A DNA stretch of 20,000 nucleotides, taken from an uncultured virus (IMG/VR IMGVR_UViG_3300042447_000416). Lineage: Duplodnaviria > Heunggongvirae > Uroviricota > Caudoviricetes. The stretch lies in IMG/VR virus record IMGVR_UViG_3300042447_000416, one strand, 5' to 3'. The translations under genes and the position numbers were made by a program. The notes under the pieces were generated by a model, which was not told the origin of the DNA, did not search any database, and saw only the letters and a program-made list of their open reading frames with translations. Shown piece by piece: positions 1-6,908 of the stretch (position 1 is its first letter; each line of letters starts with the position of its first letter).

Positions 1-70
1 CTCTTTTAATTGAAAGAGGAAAAACTTCTCCGTAACCATTTCTTATTGTATAGGCTTTAATTTTATGCAT
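1..70 (-). CDS. Hypothetical protein, 5' part only (runs off the window edge)
   Basis: ATG at 70-68 overlaps the stop of 63..776 (ATGCATAA), the usual translational-coupling arrangement. Reads MHKIKAYTIRNGYGEVFPLSIKR with no stop before the edge. Confidence 0.6.
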   Translation of the reverse strand, partial: MHKIKAYTIRNGYGEVFPLSIKR

Positions 71-776
71 ACGAGTTTTTGCCAGTTTTTTCATCTTCTA
101 CTAACCATCTGGCTCGTGCTTCAAAAAATTCTTGTCTGTGAGCATGATCATTATAATCAAGCATTGTTACAATAGAAAACTTCATGCCATCTTCTACTGG
201 CATTGCTCTATGCGAAAATAGATAGGTAGATGGGAAAATATATAAATCGCCAGCTCTTGGCTTAATGTTTAGACCTAATTTAGGAAAAAATAAATTGCCT
301 CCTGCATAATCGTCATTTACATAAGCAACTAATGATACTGTGGCACTATATGAAAATCCGTGGTCGGCATGCTCTTGGAAGTGTTGTCCTTTGCCGTATC
401 TAATACAGTTCATAACTTCCCAATAATTCATCTTTACACTATATTTAGTACAATAATCTTGAACTGCTACATCCTGTGCTTTTTTTAAATCAGACCATAA
501 ATCTGCAACTAGTTTCTGGGTTTCATTGACTGGATTAATTATCTCTCCAATTTTAATATCTTCACAGTCTCTATATGATGGTCTTTTTTCACTATACCCA
601 ACAAAACCAAATGTCCAACTGTATCTGGAATCTGCCTCTTTATCAGCAGAATTTCCTATTGCGTTTAATCTATTAATAACGTCTAAATCTTTTTTAATTA
701 CATCTCTGTATACCCACACGCCTGGGAAAAGCTCTTCCTTTGAAGAAAATCCATATTGGTCATTTATAGTAGTCAT
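63..776 (-). CDS. 2OG-Fe(II) oxygenase, prolyl 4-hydroxylase-like
   Basis: RYGKGQHFQEHADH (HxD), YVNDDYAGGNLFFP, KPRAGDLYIFPS and distal HRAMPVEDGMKFSIV. The Lys at the 2OG-binding position is typical of P4H-like enzymes. Confidence 0.88.
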   Translation of the reverse strand: MTTINDQYGFSSKEELFPGVWVYRDVIKKDLDVINRLNAIGNSADKEADSRYSWTFGFVGYSEKRPSYRDCEDIKIGEIINPVNETQKLVADLWSDLKKAQDVAVQDYCTKYSVKMNYWEVMNCIRYGKGQHFQEHADHGFSYSATVSLVAYVNDDYAGGNLFFPKLGLNIKPRAGDLYIFPSTYLFSHRAMPVEDGMKFSIVTMLDYNDHAHRQEFFEARARWLVEDEKTGKNSYA

Positions 777-782
777 GCCTTT

Positions 783-791
783 ATTGTATCA
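783..791 (-). promoter_or_regulatory. Extended -10 promoter (TGATACAAT), probably leaderless transcript
   Basis: TGnTAnnnT motif lies 6 nt upstream of the ATG at 776, with no room for an SD. Confidence 0.6.
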
Positions 792-815
792 TTTTGAATT
801 TACAAATACAATAGC

Positions 816-850
816 AAAAAGAGGGGGGCATTGTGTGCCACCCCTCTTTT
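816..850. terminator. Intrinsic terminator, probably bidirectional
   Basis: AAAAGAGGGG-GGCA TTGTG TGCC-A-CCCCTCTTTT: GC-rich stem with A/T tracts on both sides, just downstream of the stop at 859. Confidence 0.8.
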
Positions 851-858
851 ATAGATAT

Positions 859-2064
859 TTAAGCTATTACTAGGAAGGAATTAACGATAAACCATGGATT
901 TGGAGATGTTCTAACATCGTACACGGTAGATTCTGTTTCACTCTTTTCAACTGAGGTTACTGGAGTTCCTTGGACTAGTCCATTTGAATCTACTCCTATG
1001 ATTATTTCTCCTATCTCAATTTCTCCTGCATTCTTATAGGTAATACCATTTGAGGTTTTTACAAATAACGGCTGGGTTTCTGAGTAGTCTTTACCTCTGT
1101 AATTAAATCCAATTAGCTTTCCAGTTTTTTCTGTTATTGAAATAACTTCTGAATTTGTAAGCTTAACTGTTGATTCTAAATGTCCAGATGTTTTATTTGC
1201 GGTTATAGATTCAAGATTAATATTAGAGTTATCAACTGTTATTACTTGATCTCCAATTTTAATATCTTTAGCTTTTACCCATCCAGTATTGGTGAAAATA
1301 ACTGATTCTGGTGATAAACACTTACCCTTAAATCCTGGTGGGGAAAAGAACCCTGGTGGGGCAAAGAACCCTGGTGGGGCAAAGAACCCTGGTGGGGCAA
1401 AGAACCCTGGTGGGGCAAAGAACCCTGGTGGAAAGAACGGTGGAAAGAACGGTGGAAAGAACGGTGCTTGAGTTGTAATTTCCGCTGTATTTGCTGAAGC
1501 TGCTGACCGACCATTAGCATTATCTGCATAAACATTATAATACTGAGATGTATTAGCAGTATCATTGATGGTTATACTTAGGGATGCTGTATTTCCATTT
1601 GTTCCATCATTACCTGCAACATAGTAGTTAGTTATTGCGGATCCACCATTTGCTGGCTCTGTCCAAGTAATTGTGTTTTGGTTAACTCCTGCAGTTGCGA
1701 TTGGGCTTTGTGGAGCTTGAGGTACGGTTGTTGCAGTAATGCTATTTGAGGCAGCAGATGCTGCACCAGTTCCTACTGCATTTGTTCCCGTTACCGTAAA
1801 TGTATATGCTGTATTTGATTGTAAACCAGTTACAGATATTGGAGAAGATGCTCCTGAAGCAGTATACGATCCTGGAGAGGATGTTACTGTAAAGGATGTA
1901 GCAGCAGGTGAATTTGCTGGCAAAGAGAACGTTACGTCGGCCCGTCCATTGTTATATGCACGACCAGATGGTACGTTTGTTGCTGTTACTGACTCTGGTG
2001 CCCGTGGCTCCAAAAAGTCATTTGATGCCTGTGCCTTTTTACCGAATTTCTTACCTACTGCCAT
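859..2064 (-). CDS. Virion/adhesin protein: two FN3 domains, PPFF/PPGFFA repeat, C-terminal Hint domain
   Basis: FN3 signatures (VTGLQSNTAYTFTVTGTNAVG; TITWTEPANGGSAITNYYV). Pro/Phe repeat, then CLSPESVIFTNTGWVKAKDIKIGDQV (Hint block A) and VYDVRTSPNPWFIVNS (block F-like). SD AAGGAG upstream. Confidence 0.85.
   Translation of the reverse strand: MAVGKKFGKKAQASNDFLEPRAPESVTATNVPSGRAYNNGRADVTFSLPANSPAATSFTVTSSPGSYTASGASSPISVTGLQSNTAYTFTVTGTNAVGTGAASAASNSITATTVPQAPQSPIATAGVNQNTITWTEPANGGSAITNYYVAGNDGTNGNTASLSITINDTANTSQYYNVYADNANGRSAASANTAEITTQAPFFPPFFPPFFPPGFFAPPGFFAPPGFFAPPGFFAPPGFFSPPGFKGKCLSPESVIFTNTGWVKAKDIKIGDQVITVDNSNINLESITANKTSGHLESTVKLTNSEVISITEKTGKLIGFNYRGKDYSETQPLFVKTSNGITYKNAGEIEIGEIIIGVDSNGLVQGTPVTSVEKSETESTVYDVRTSPNPWFIVNSFLVIA
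1334..1462. repeat. In-frame tandem repeats: 5 x 18 bp plus 3 x 12 bp
   Basis: CCTGGTGGGGCAAAGAAC occurs as four exact copies (1352-1423) plus a 1-mismatch copy (1334-1351). GGTGGAAAGAAC x3 at 1427-1462. Encodes (PPFF)n(PPGFFA)n on the minus strand. Confidence 0.95.
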
Positions 2065-2097
2065 TTTGAATCTCCTTTTTAACTATTTAAATTTGTA

Positions 2098-3933
2098 TTA
2101 CGCCATCAAGTCGCCGTAGACAACCCATGTATTTGCTGCTCTCTTAAAGAGAGTACAAGATGACCAGGTTGTACGAAGCTTTAGGCCAGGTGTTGCGTTA
2201 ACTGTAACTGTTCCTGATACTGGGGCAATTGTTACTTGTCCAGCTCCAGTTTGAAGAATATCAATAGATGTTCCGATTGGGAAGTCTAGAGTTGCGTCTT
2301 CTGGTATTGTTAAGGTTAGAGGTGATCCTGATCCCATTTCGATTAGATCATCTCTTTCAGTTAGTGATGAAAGTGTATATGATGCTGTTTTTGCAACGAT
2401 TGGTGTTAAAGAATCTACCTTTAATCCAAGGCTGGTTGTTACTGATGCTGCAAAGTTTGCGTCATCTCCAAGTGCTTGAGCAAGTTCATCAAGTGTATTC
2501 ATTGCTGCTGGTGCACCAGATATAAGTGCGCTTACCTGTGATGTTGCGTCTGCAATTGCTTCAGATTTTGCTGTTGCGATTGCTGAAGACTGTGCTGTTG
2601 ATACTGGCTTATTAGCATCAGAAGTATTGTCAACATTTCCAAGTCCAAGTGTTGCTGGTGTTACTGCTGCAACCTCTGACTTAAGTGCTAGAAGTGCTGT
2701 ATCTGCAATTCCATGAACATTTGTAGTGTCTGCTTCATGGGCTGAAAGAGCGGTAGCTGCTGCTGTAATTTGTGTTTGAACTGATGATGTAACTCCATCT
2801 AGGTATCCAATTTCTGTTGAAGAAACTGTACCAATTGATGTTGTACTTGGAAGAGTTACTGTACCAGTAAATGTTGGTGAGGCCAAATCTGATTTAGCTG
2901 CAAGAGATGCACCTAGTCCAGAAATTTTGTCTTGGTGAATTGCTGCAGTAGCACTTACATGATCATTTGTAATTTGAAGATCTGCAATTTTTTCTGCAGT
3001 TATTGCATCAACTGCAATTTTATCTGCAGTTACTGCACCATTTAGAATTTTTACTGTAGATATTGCATCGGTTGCTAAATCTGCTGTTTCTACAGAGCCT
3101 GCAGGAAGTGTTACTGATCCTGTTACTGTTAAGTTAGTTAAGCCGATATCTGTTGCTGTAAGGTTTCTAAGCTCAAGATCATCTAGGCCTCCTTGGCTAA
3201 AATTAATTGTAGTGGTTGGTGCATCGGTTACTCCTGTAAAGAGTTTCCATTTATTAGCAGATGCATCTCTTGCAAATCCTGTGTGATTAGCAACTCCATC
3301 ATTGTGTTTAGCTACAAATCCTAGATCTAAAGCATTTCCTGCGTTGGTTGATGCTAATGCAATTAGTGGATCTTCTGTTGTAAAGTTAGCTGTATCTAAT
3401 GTTACAGTTGTTCCATTAACAAAAAGATTTCCAGCTAATGTTAAATTTTCTCCTGATATGCTTCCACTTGTTGAAATATCTGTTGCTAGTCCTGTTAGCT
3501 TTAATTGTGCCTCTGGAACCTTAATGTTTCCATCAAGTGAAGCAACACCATTTGCTGATCCACGATCTGAATTCTCTAAGTATGTGCTTGCTGTTGAATT
3601 TGTAAGTCCAGTTACTGCTGCATCAACATAGGCTACTGTTGCTACTACTGCTGAATCTACAGAAATTGTAATTGTATTTGCGCCATCATTATAAGTCTTT
3701 GTTAAACCTGCACCCATTGTAAGTGCTGTATTGATTGCGTCTTGTGAAATTTCTCCAATTTCAGGTGCATCTGCTGCTACGTAAGAAAGGGAATTCCATG
3801 CGGTGGATCCATCTCCAACTTTAATTTTTCTAGTGTTTGTTTCAACGCCTAGCTCTCCTGCTGCAAGTATTGGATTTACTCCAGACCAGTCTGTTGCTGA
3901 TCCTCTTCGAACTTGAATTCTTACTGTTGACAT
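2098..3933 (-). CDS. Tail fibre protein with Mtd_N-like N-terminal domain
   Basis: N-terminus RIQVRRGSATDWSGVNPILAAGELGVETNTRKIKVGDGSTAWNSL. Fibre motifs LGLGNVDNTSDANKPVSTAQ, GAPAAMNTLDELAQALGDDANF and ASPTFTGTV. C-terminal FPIGTSIDILQTGAGQVTI...WVVYGDL domain. Confidence 0.85.
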   Translation of the reverse strand: MSTVRIQVRRGSATDWSGVNPILAAGELGVETNTRKIKVGDGSTAWNSLSYVAADAPEIGEISQDAINTALTMGAGLTKTYNDGANTITISVDSAVVATVAYVDAAVTGLTNSTASTYLENSDRGSANGVASLDGNIKVPEAQLKLTGLATDISTSGSISGENLTLAGNLFVNGTTVTLDTANFTTEDPLIALASTNAGNALDLGFVAKHNDGVANHTGFARDASANKWKLFTGVTDAPTTTINFSQGGLDDLELRNLTATDIGLTNLTVTGSVTLPAGSVETADLATDAISTVKILNGAVTADKIAVDAITAEKIADLQITNDHVSATAAIHQDKISGLGASLAAKSDLASPTFTGTVTLPSTTSIGTVSSTEIGYLDGVTSSVQTQITAAATALSAHEADTTNVHGIADTALLALKSEVAAVTPATLGLGNVDNTSDANKPVSTAQSSAIATAKSEAIADATSQVSALISGAPAAMNTLDELAQALGDDANFAASVTTSLGLKVDSLTPIVAKTASYTLSSLTERDDLIEMGSGSPLTLTIPEDATLDFPIGTSIDILQTGAGQVTIAPVSGTVTVNATPGLKLRTTWSSCTLFKRAANTWVVYGDLMA

Positions 3934-3964
3934 TTTTTCTCCCTTTGTTACTTTATATTAGATT

Positions 3965-3973
3965 ATTATACCA
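3965..3973 (-). promoter_or_regulatory. Extended -10 promoter (TGGTATAAT)
   Basis: Exact TGnTATAAT in the intergenic gap, followed by SD AAGGGAG before the ATG at 3933. Confidence 0.65.
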
Positions 3974-3981
3974 TTATTTAT

Positions 3982-4515
3982 TTATACTAAAGTGCCTGAA
4001 TCAAAAGTTAATTCGTACACTAAAGTGTCTGGGTATCCACCATTTGCATATTTATTTGCCGATGTTGAAACCCCGTTGCCTTGAACTGTATATACTGGTT
4101 GACCATTGTAATCAATTGCAAGACCTATATCCATGAAGCTTATATCTGGGGTTGCTTCCCAGTCTACGTTTCCAGAATCAAAAACCATTCCATAAGTTGG
4201 AGTTGATGGGCTTCCGCCATCAGCAAATTTAGTTGCTGTTGTAGATACCCCATTAGCTTGAATTGTATAGATTGGCTCACCATTGTAATCAATTGCAAGA
4301 CCTACGTCCATTAAATTGATCATTGTGTTTTCGTCTGGAACTTCTGAATTTAAAGCTATTGGCATCCATTGGCCATTTAGCTGAATTTGTAATTTGTTTG
4401 TTACGGTATCAAATCTTAAGGGAGTAGACCCTAATACAACATTAGACTCAAACGTAGCAGTGCCTGCGACATTTAGTCCATTCTTAACTCTAAAATTCTT
4501 ATTTACTGTTGCCAT
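3982..4515 (-). CDS. Putative virion (tail-associated) protein with a duplicated ~59-aa C-terminal unit
   Basis: N-terminus MATVNKNFRVKNGL resembles that of the neighbouring gene. Two copies of MD(V/I)GLAIDYNGxPxYTxQxNGVSTxAxKxAxGGxP...FDSG; 26 identical bp at 4102-4127 and 4279-4304. Confidence 0.7.
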   Translation of the reverse strand: MATVNKNFRVKNGLNVAGTATFESNVVLGSTPLRFDTVTNKLQIQLNGQWMPIALNSEVPDENTMINLMDVGLAIDYNGEPIYTIQANGVSTTATKFADGGSPSTPTYGMVFDSGNVDWEATPDISFMDIGLAIDYNGQPVYTVQGNGVSTSANKYANGGYPDTLVYELTFDSGTLV

Positions 4516-4546
4516 TTAAGTTCACATATCCCCTAAGTGTTTTTTG

Positions 4547-4570
4547 TGGGGAGATTTCAGGCTCTCCCCA
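4547..4570. other. Perfect 8-bp intergenic hairpin
   Basis: TGGGGAGA-TTTCAGGC-TCTCCCCA. No U-tract follows on the transcribed minus strand, so it is not a clear terminator. Confidence 0.6.
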
Positions 4571-4584
4571 GGCCGTTTATTTAA

Positions 4585-5739
4585 TTATTTAAGAAGTGTT
4601 CCAGATACTTTAACTGTTGAGTTATCTACTGGAGTTACTCTTATTCGTACATTTGAACCTGATACGTCTGCTGTGATAGTTCCTCTTGATCCATTAGTTC
4701 CGACAATTGCATATTCTGTAACTGCTACATTGTCTGACGAGTCTAGTGTTATTAGAACCTCTGATACTTCATTGTGTGTTGCGTTGTCAATTTTAACAAG
4801 AACTTTGGCTGAGCGGTAGTCTGCCTTTGCCCACTCATAAGCTGTTCCAGCAACTGATGCTGTTCCAGATGATGAAGCTGCAAATTGCTTAGCTTGATCA
4901 TTTACGTTTAATGCTGTAAATGCTGTTGTTCCGTTTTGCTGTGCTGTATTAGCGGCTGCTGCTGTTGCTTCTGCTGCTGCTTGCGCTGCGTTGGCCTTAG
5001 TTGTTGCGTCTGCTGCTGCAGTTGATACTGAAGCTGCGTCGCCTGATACTCTAAGTGCTGCTTCTGCTGCTATGTCTGTAGCAACTTGGGCTGAGGTAGC
5101 TTTTGTTGCAAGAGCTGTTGTAATAGTTGTTGTGTAATTAGCATCATCATTAATTGCTGCTGCTAATTCATTTAATGTATTAAGAAGGTCTGGTGCGCCA
5201 TCTACTAATGTGCTTACTGCGCCAGAAATTGCTGTGTTACGATTTGAAACCTCTGTTGATATTGCAGATGAAAGAGCGGCTGCTGCTGTTGCTTCTGCTG
5301 CTGCTTGCGCTGCGTTAGCCTTTGTAGTTGCGTCTGCTGCTGCTGTAGCTACTGAAGCTGCGTCTCCTGATACTCTAAGTGCTGCTTCTGCTGCTACCTT
5401 AGTAGTTGCATCTGTTGCTGCAGCTGTAATTGCTGCAGATTGCGCTGCGTTAGCCTTTGTAGTTGCATCTGATGATGCTGCAGAAATTGCTGCAGACTGA
5501 GCAGATGAAGCTGATCCATAAGCGTCAAATACGTTAGCCTTTACTGTAAGATTGCCTGCACCATCGACTGCAAATGTTCCTGCGTCTACGGATTTTACAA
5601 GAGTAGCACCGCCAACAAGGTTGAGGATGTAAGCATTTCCGCCTGTTTCTGTAAGTATATTTTGACCATTGATTGTACCTGTAGCACCCTCAACTATAAG
5701 GCCTGATTTAATTCTAAAGTTTTTTACTACTGTTGCCAT
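4585..5739 (-). CDS. Ala-rich coiled-coil tail fibre-like protein
   Basis: Repeats of DATTKANAAQxAA, motif GAPDLLNTLNELAAAINDDANY, and a C-terminal beta-domain (YRSAKVLVKI...SEVLIT...TEYAIVGT) shared with 5770..6327. SD GAGGAG. Confidence 0.75.
   Translation of the reverse strand: MATVVKNFRIKSGLIVEGATGTINGQNILTETGGNAYILNLVGGATLVKSVDAGTFAVDGAGNLTVKANVFDAYGSASSAQSAAISAASSDATTKANAAQSAAITAAATDATTKVAAEAALRVSGDAASVATAAADATTKANAAQAAAEATAAAALSSAISTEVSNRNTAISGAVSTLVDGAPDLLNTLNELAAAINDDANYTTTITTALATKATSAQVATDIAAEAALRVSGDAASVSTAAADATTKANAAQAAAEATAAAANTAQQNGTTAFTALNVNDQAKQFAASSSGTASVAGTAYEWAKADYRSAKVLVKIDNATHNEVSEVLITLDSSDNVAVTEYAIVGTNGSRGTITADVSGSNVRIRVTPVDNSTVKVSGTLLK
4951..5396. repeat. Dispersed 122-bp direct repeat inside the Ala-rich fibre gene
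   Basis: 4951-5072 and 5275-5396, offset 324 bp, with about 7 mismatches by eye. Both encode AAEAALRVSGDAASVxTAAADATTKANAAQAAAEATAAAA. Confidence 0.85.
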
Positions 5740-5769
5740 TTTATATGACTCCTCTTATTGCTTTTTTTG

Positions 5770-6327
5770 TTATGCTTTAAGCGTTGTTCTGATATATCTT
5801 ACTGAGATAGAACCAGAAACAGGGGTGACTCTTAAACTAATTATACCTGAGTTTTCTTCAAAGGTATAAGAAAATAAACTAGTGTTTGTGTTTGAGATAA
5901 TGTTTGATTCTGAAACCATTATGTCTGTTCCGTTATGAGAAACAAGAATTTCTGATGTATAAACATCGGAATTTTTTGTCACCTGAATGTTATATTTAGC
6001 TGTTCTCCATACGCTCTTTGAAAAAGAGTCTACGTTTGTAGCGTTTTCAATACCATAGACTGCAAGGTCATTGTTGCCTTCTAATCCAAGAAGCTCTATA
6101 ACGTTGTCTGTGCTATTGTCTAAATTGATTAACGTAGTTTCAATAGTAGATACTTTGTACGTCAGTGATGCAGGATCTGTTGAACCGTTTACACCAACTT
6201 TTGTTTCTAATGCTTCAATGGCATCATTTGCATTTATATGTTGCTGCGAATGAGATGGTGATGATAGCTCGTCGGAAGAATTAGGATTAACTAATTGATC
6301 TAAGCTAGATGGATAATTGGTGGCCAA
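5770..6327 (-). CDS. Putative tail-associated virion protein
   Basis: TTG start with SD AGGGGG. N-terminal YPSSLD...HSQQHINANDAIEALETKVG is typical of phage fibre N-termini. C-terminal WRTAKYNIQV...SEILVSH domain is paralogous to that of 4585..5739. Confidence 0.7.
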   Translation of the reverse strand: MATNYPSSLDQLVNPNSSDELSSPSHSQQHINANDAIEALETKVGVNGSTDPASLTYKVSTIETTLINLDNSTDNVIELLGLEGNNDLAVYGIENATNVDSFSKSVWRTAKYNIQVTKNSDVYTSEILVSHNGTDIMVSESNIISNTNTSLFSYTFEENSGIISLRVTPVSGSISVRYIRTTLKA

Positions 6328-6364
6328 TTGACTACCCCCTATGTGTAATTATGTTGCTTAGATA

Positions 6365-6373
6365 ATTATACCT
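6365..6373 (-). promoter_or_regulatory. -10 promoter element (AGGTATAAT)
   Basis: TATAAT in the AT-rich gap upstream of the SD and start of 5770..6327. Confidence 0.5.
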
Positions 6374-6400
6374 TATTATTTTTTACAAAGAAGGTTTATT

Positions 6401-6640
6401 TTACCATTTTGACAATGGGCAGGTTGCTGCTTCCATTGCTGTCTTCATTTTCATTAGACAGCCACATTGTTTACATTGTGTAGTTAATGATATGAACTCA
6501 GGACATCCCCTGCAAATATTTAGTCTTTGTTCTTTTTTTTCATCAGTAGTCCATACGGTATTTGGATTTAGCATATCCCATGGCTTGACGGTATTTGGAT
6601 CAACTAGGTTTGCTTTTATTGTTTTCCACCTTGAAGTCAT
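6401..6640 (-). CDS. Small Cys-rich putative metal-binding protein (DUF6171-like pattern)
   Basis: RLNICRGC...QCKQCGC...ATCPLSKW, i.e. CxxC-x9-CxxCGC-x12-CP-xx-KW. Confidence 0.7.
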   Translation of the reverse strand: MTSRWKTIKANLVDPNTVKPWDMLNPNTVWTTDEKKEQRLNICRGCPEFISLTTQCKQCGCLMKMKTAMEAATCPLSKW

Positions 6641-6642
6641 AA

Positions 6643-6873
6643 TTAATCCTTGTTAAATGATGTGCCGTTCCATTTCCATCCAGATGCTGGGGTTGGAAGT
6701 TGTGATATTTCTATAGGCAAATCTGTAAAATTTATTATTTTAGGGTTACTTGATAGTCCTGATCTTAATATTTCTGTTTGAAAGTCTCCTGTTGGTATAG
6801 CAAACCATCCAGCAAACTCATTATCAACAAGAACAAAAAATACTTCTCCGTCAATATCTCTTTTTATAGACAC
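6643..6873 (-). CDS. Small hypothetical protein, possibly a tail-fibre assembly factor
   Basis: GTG start with SD AAGGAG. C-terminal PASGWKWNGTSF resembles the GWxW/YxG motif of small fibre-adjacent proteins. Confidence 0.6.
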   Translation of the reverse strand: MSIKRDIDGEVFFVLVDNEFAGWFAIPTGDFQTEILRSGLSSNPKIINFTDLPIEISQLPTPASGWKWNGTSFNKD

Positions 6874-6893
6874 GGTAAATCTCCTTTTTTAAA

Positions 6894-6902
6894 ATTATAG
6901 CA
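6894..6902 (-). promoter_or_regulatory. Extended -10 promoter (TGCTATAAT)
   Basis: Exact TGnTATAAT just upstream of the SD for 6643..6873. Confidence 0.6.
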
Positions 6903-6908
6903 TAAAAA

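Noticed and set aside
859..1320. True splicing intein or homing element
   Set aside because: No terminal His-Asn, no C-extein and no endonuclease insert; the domain ends at the stop codon. The same holds for 6909-7370.
1334..1426. Collagen triple-helix repeat
   Set aside because: Gly recurs every six residues (PPGFFA), not every three, so a collagen helix is not supported.
1334..1462. Short repeats as a CRISPR array (also 7393-7506 and the 27-bp cores at 7570-7935)
   Set aside because: Units are tandem without unique spacers, or lie within longer repeated coding units. All keep the reading frame of a protein, and no cas gene is present.
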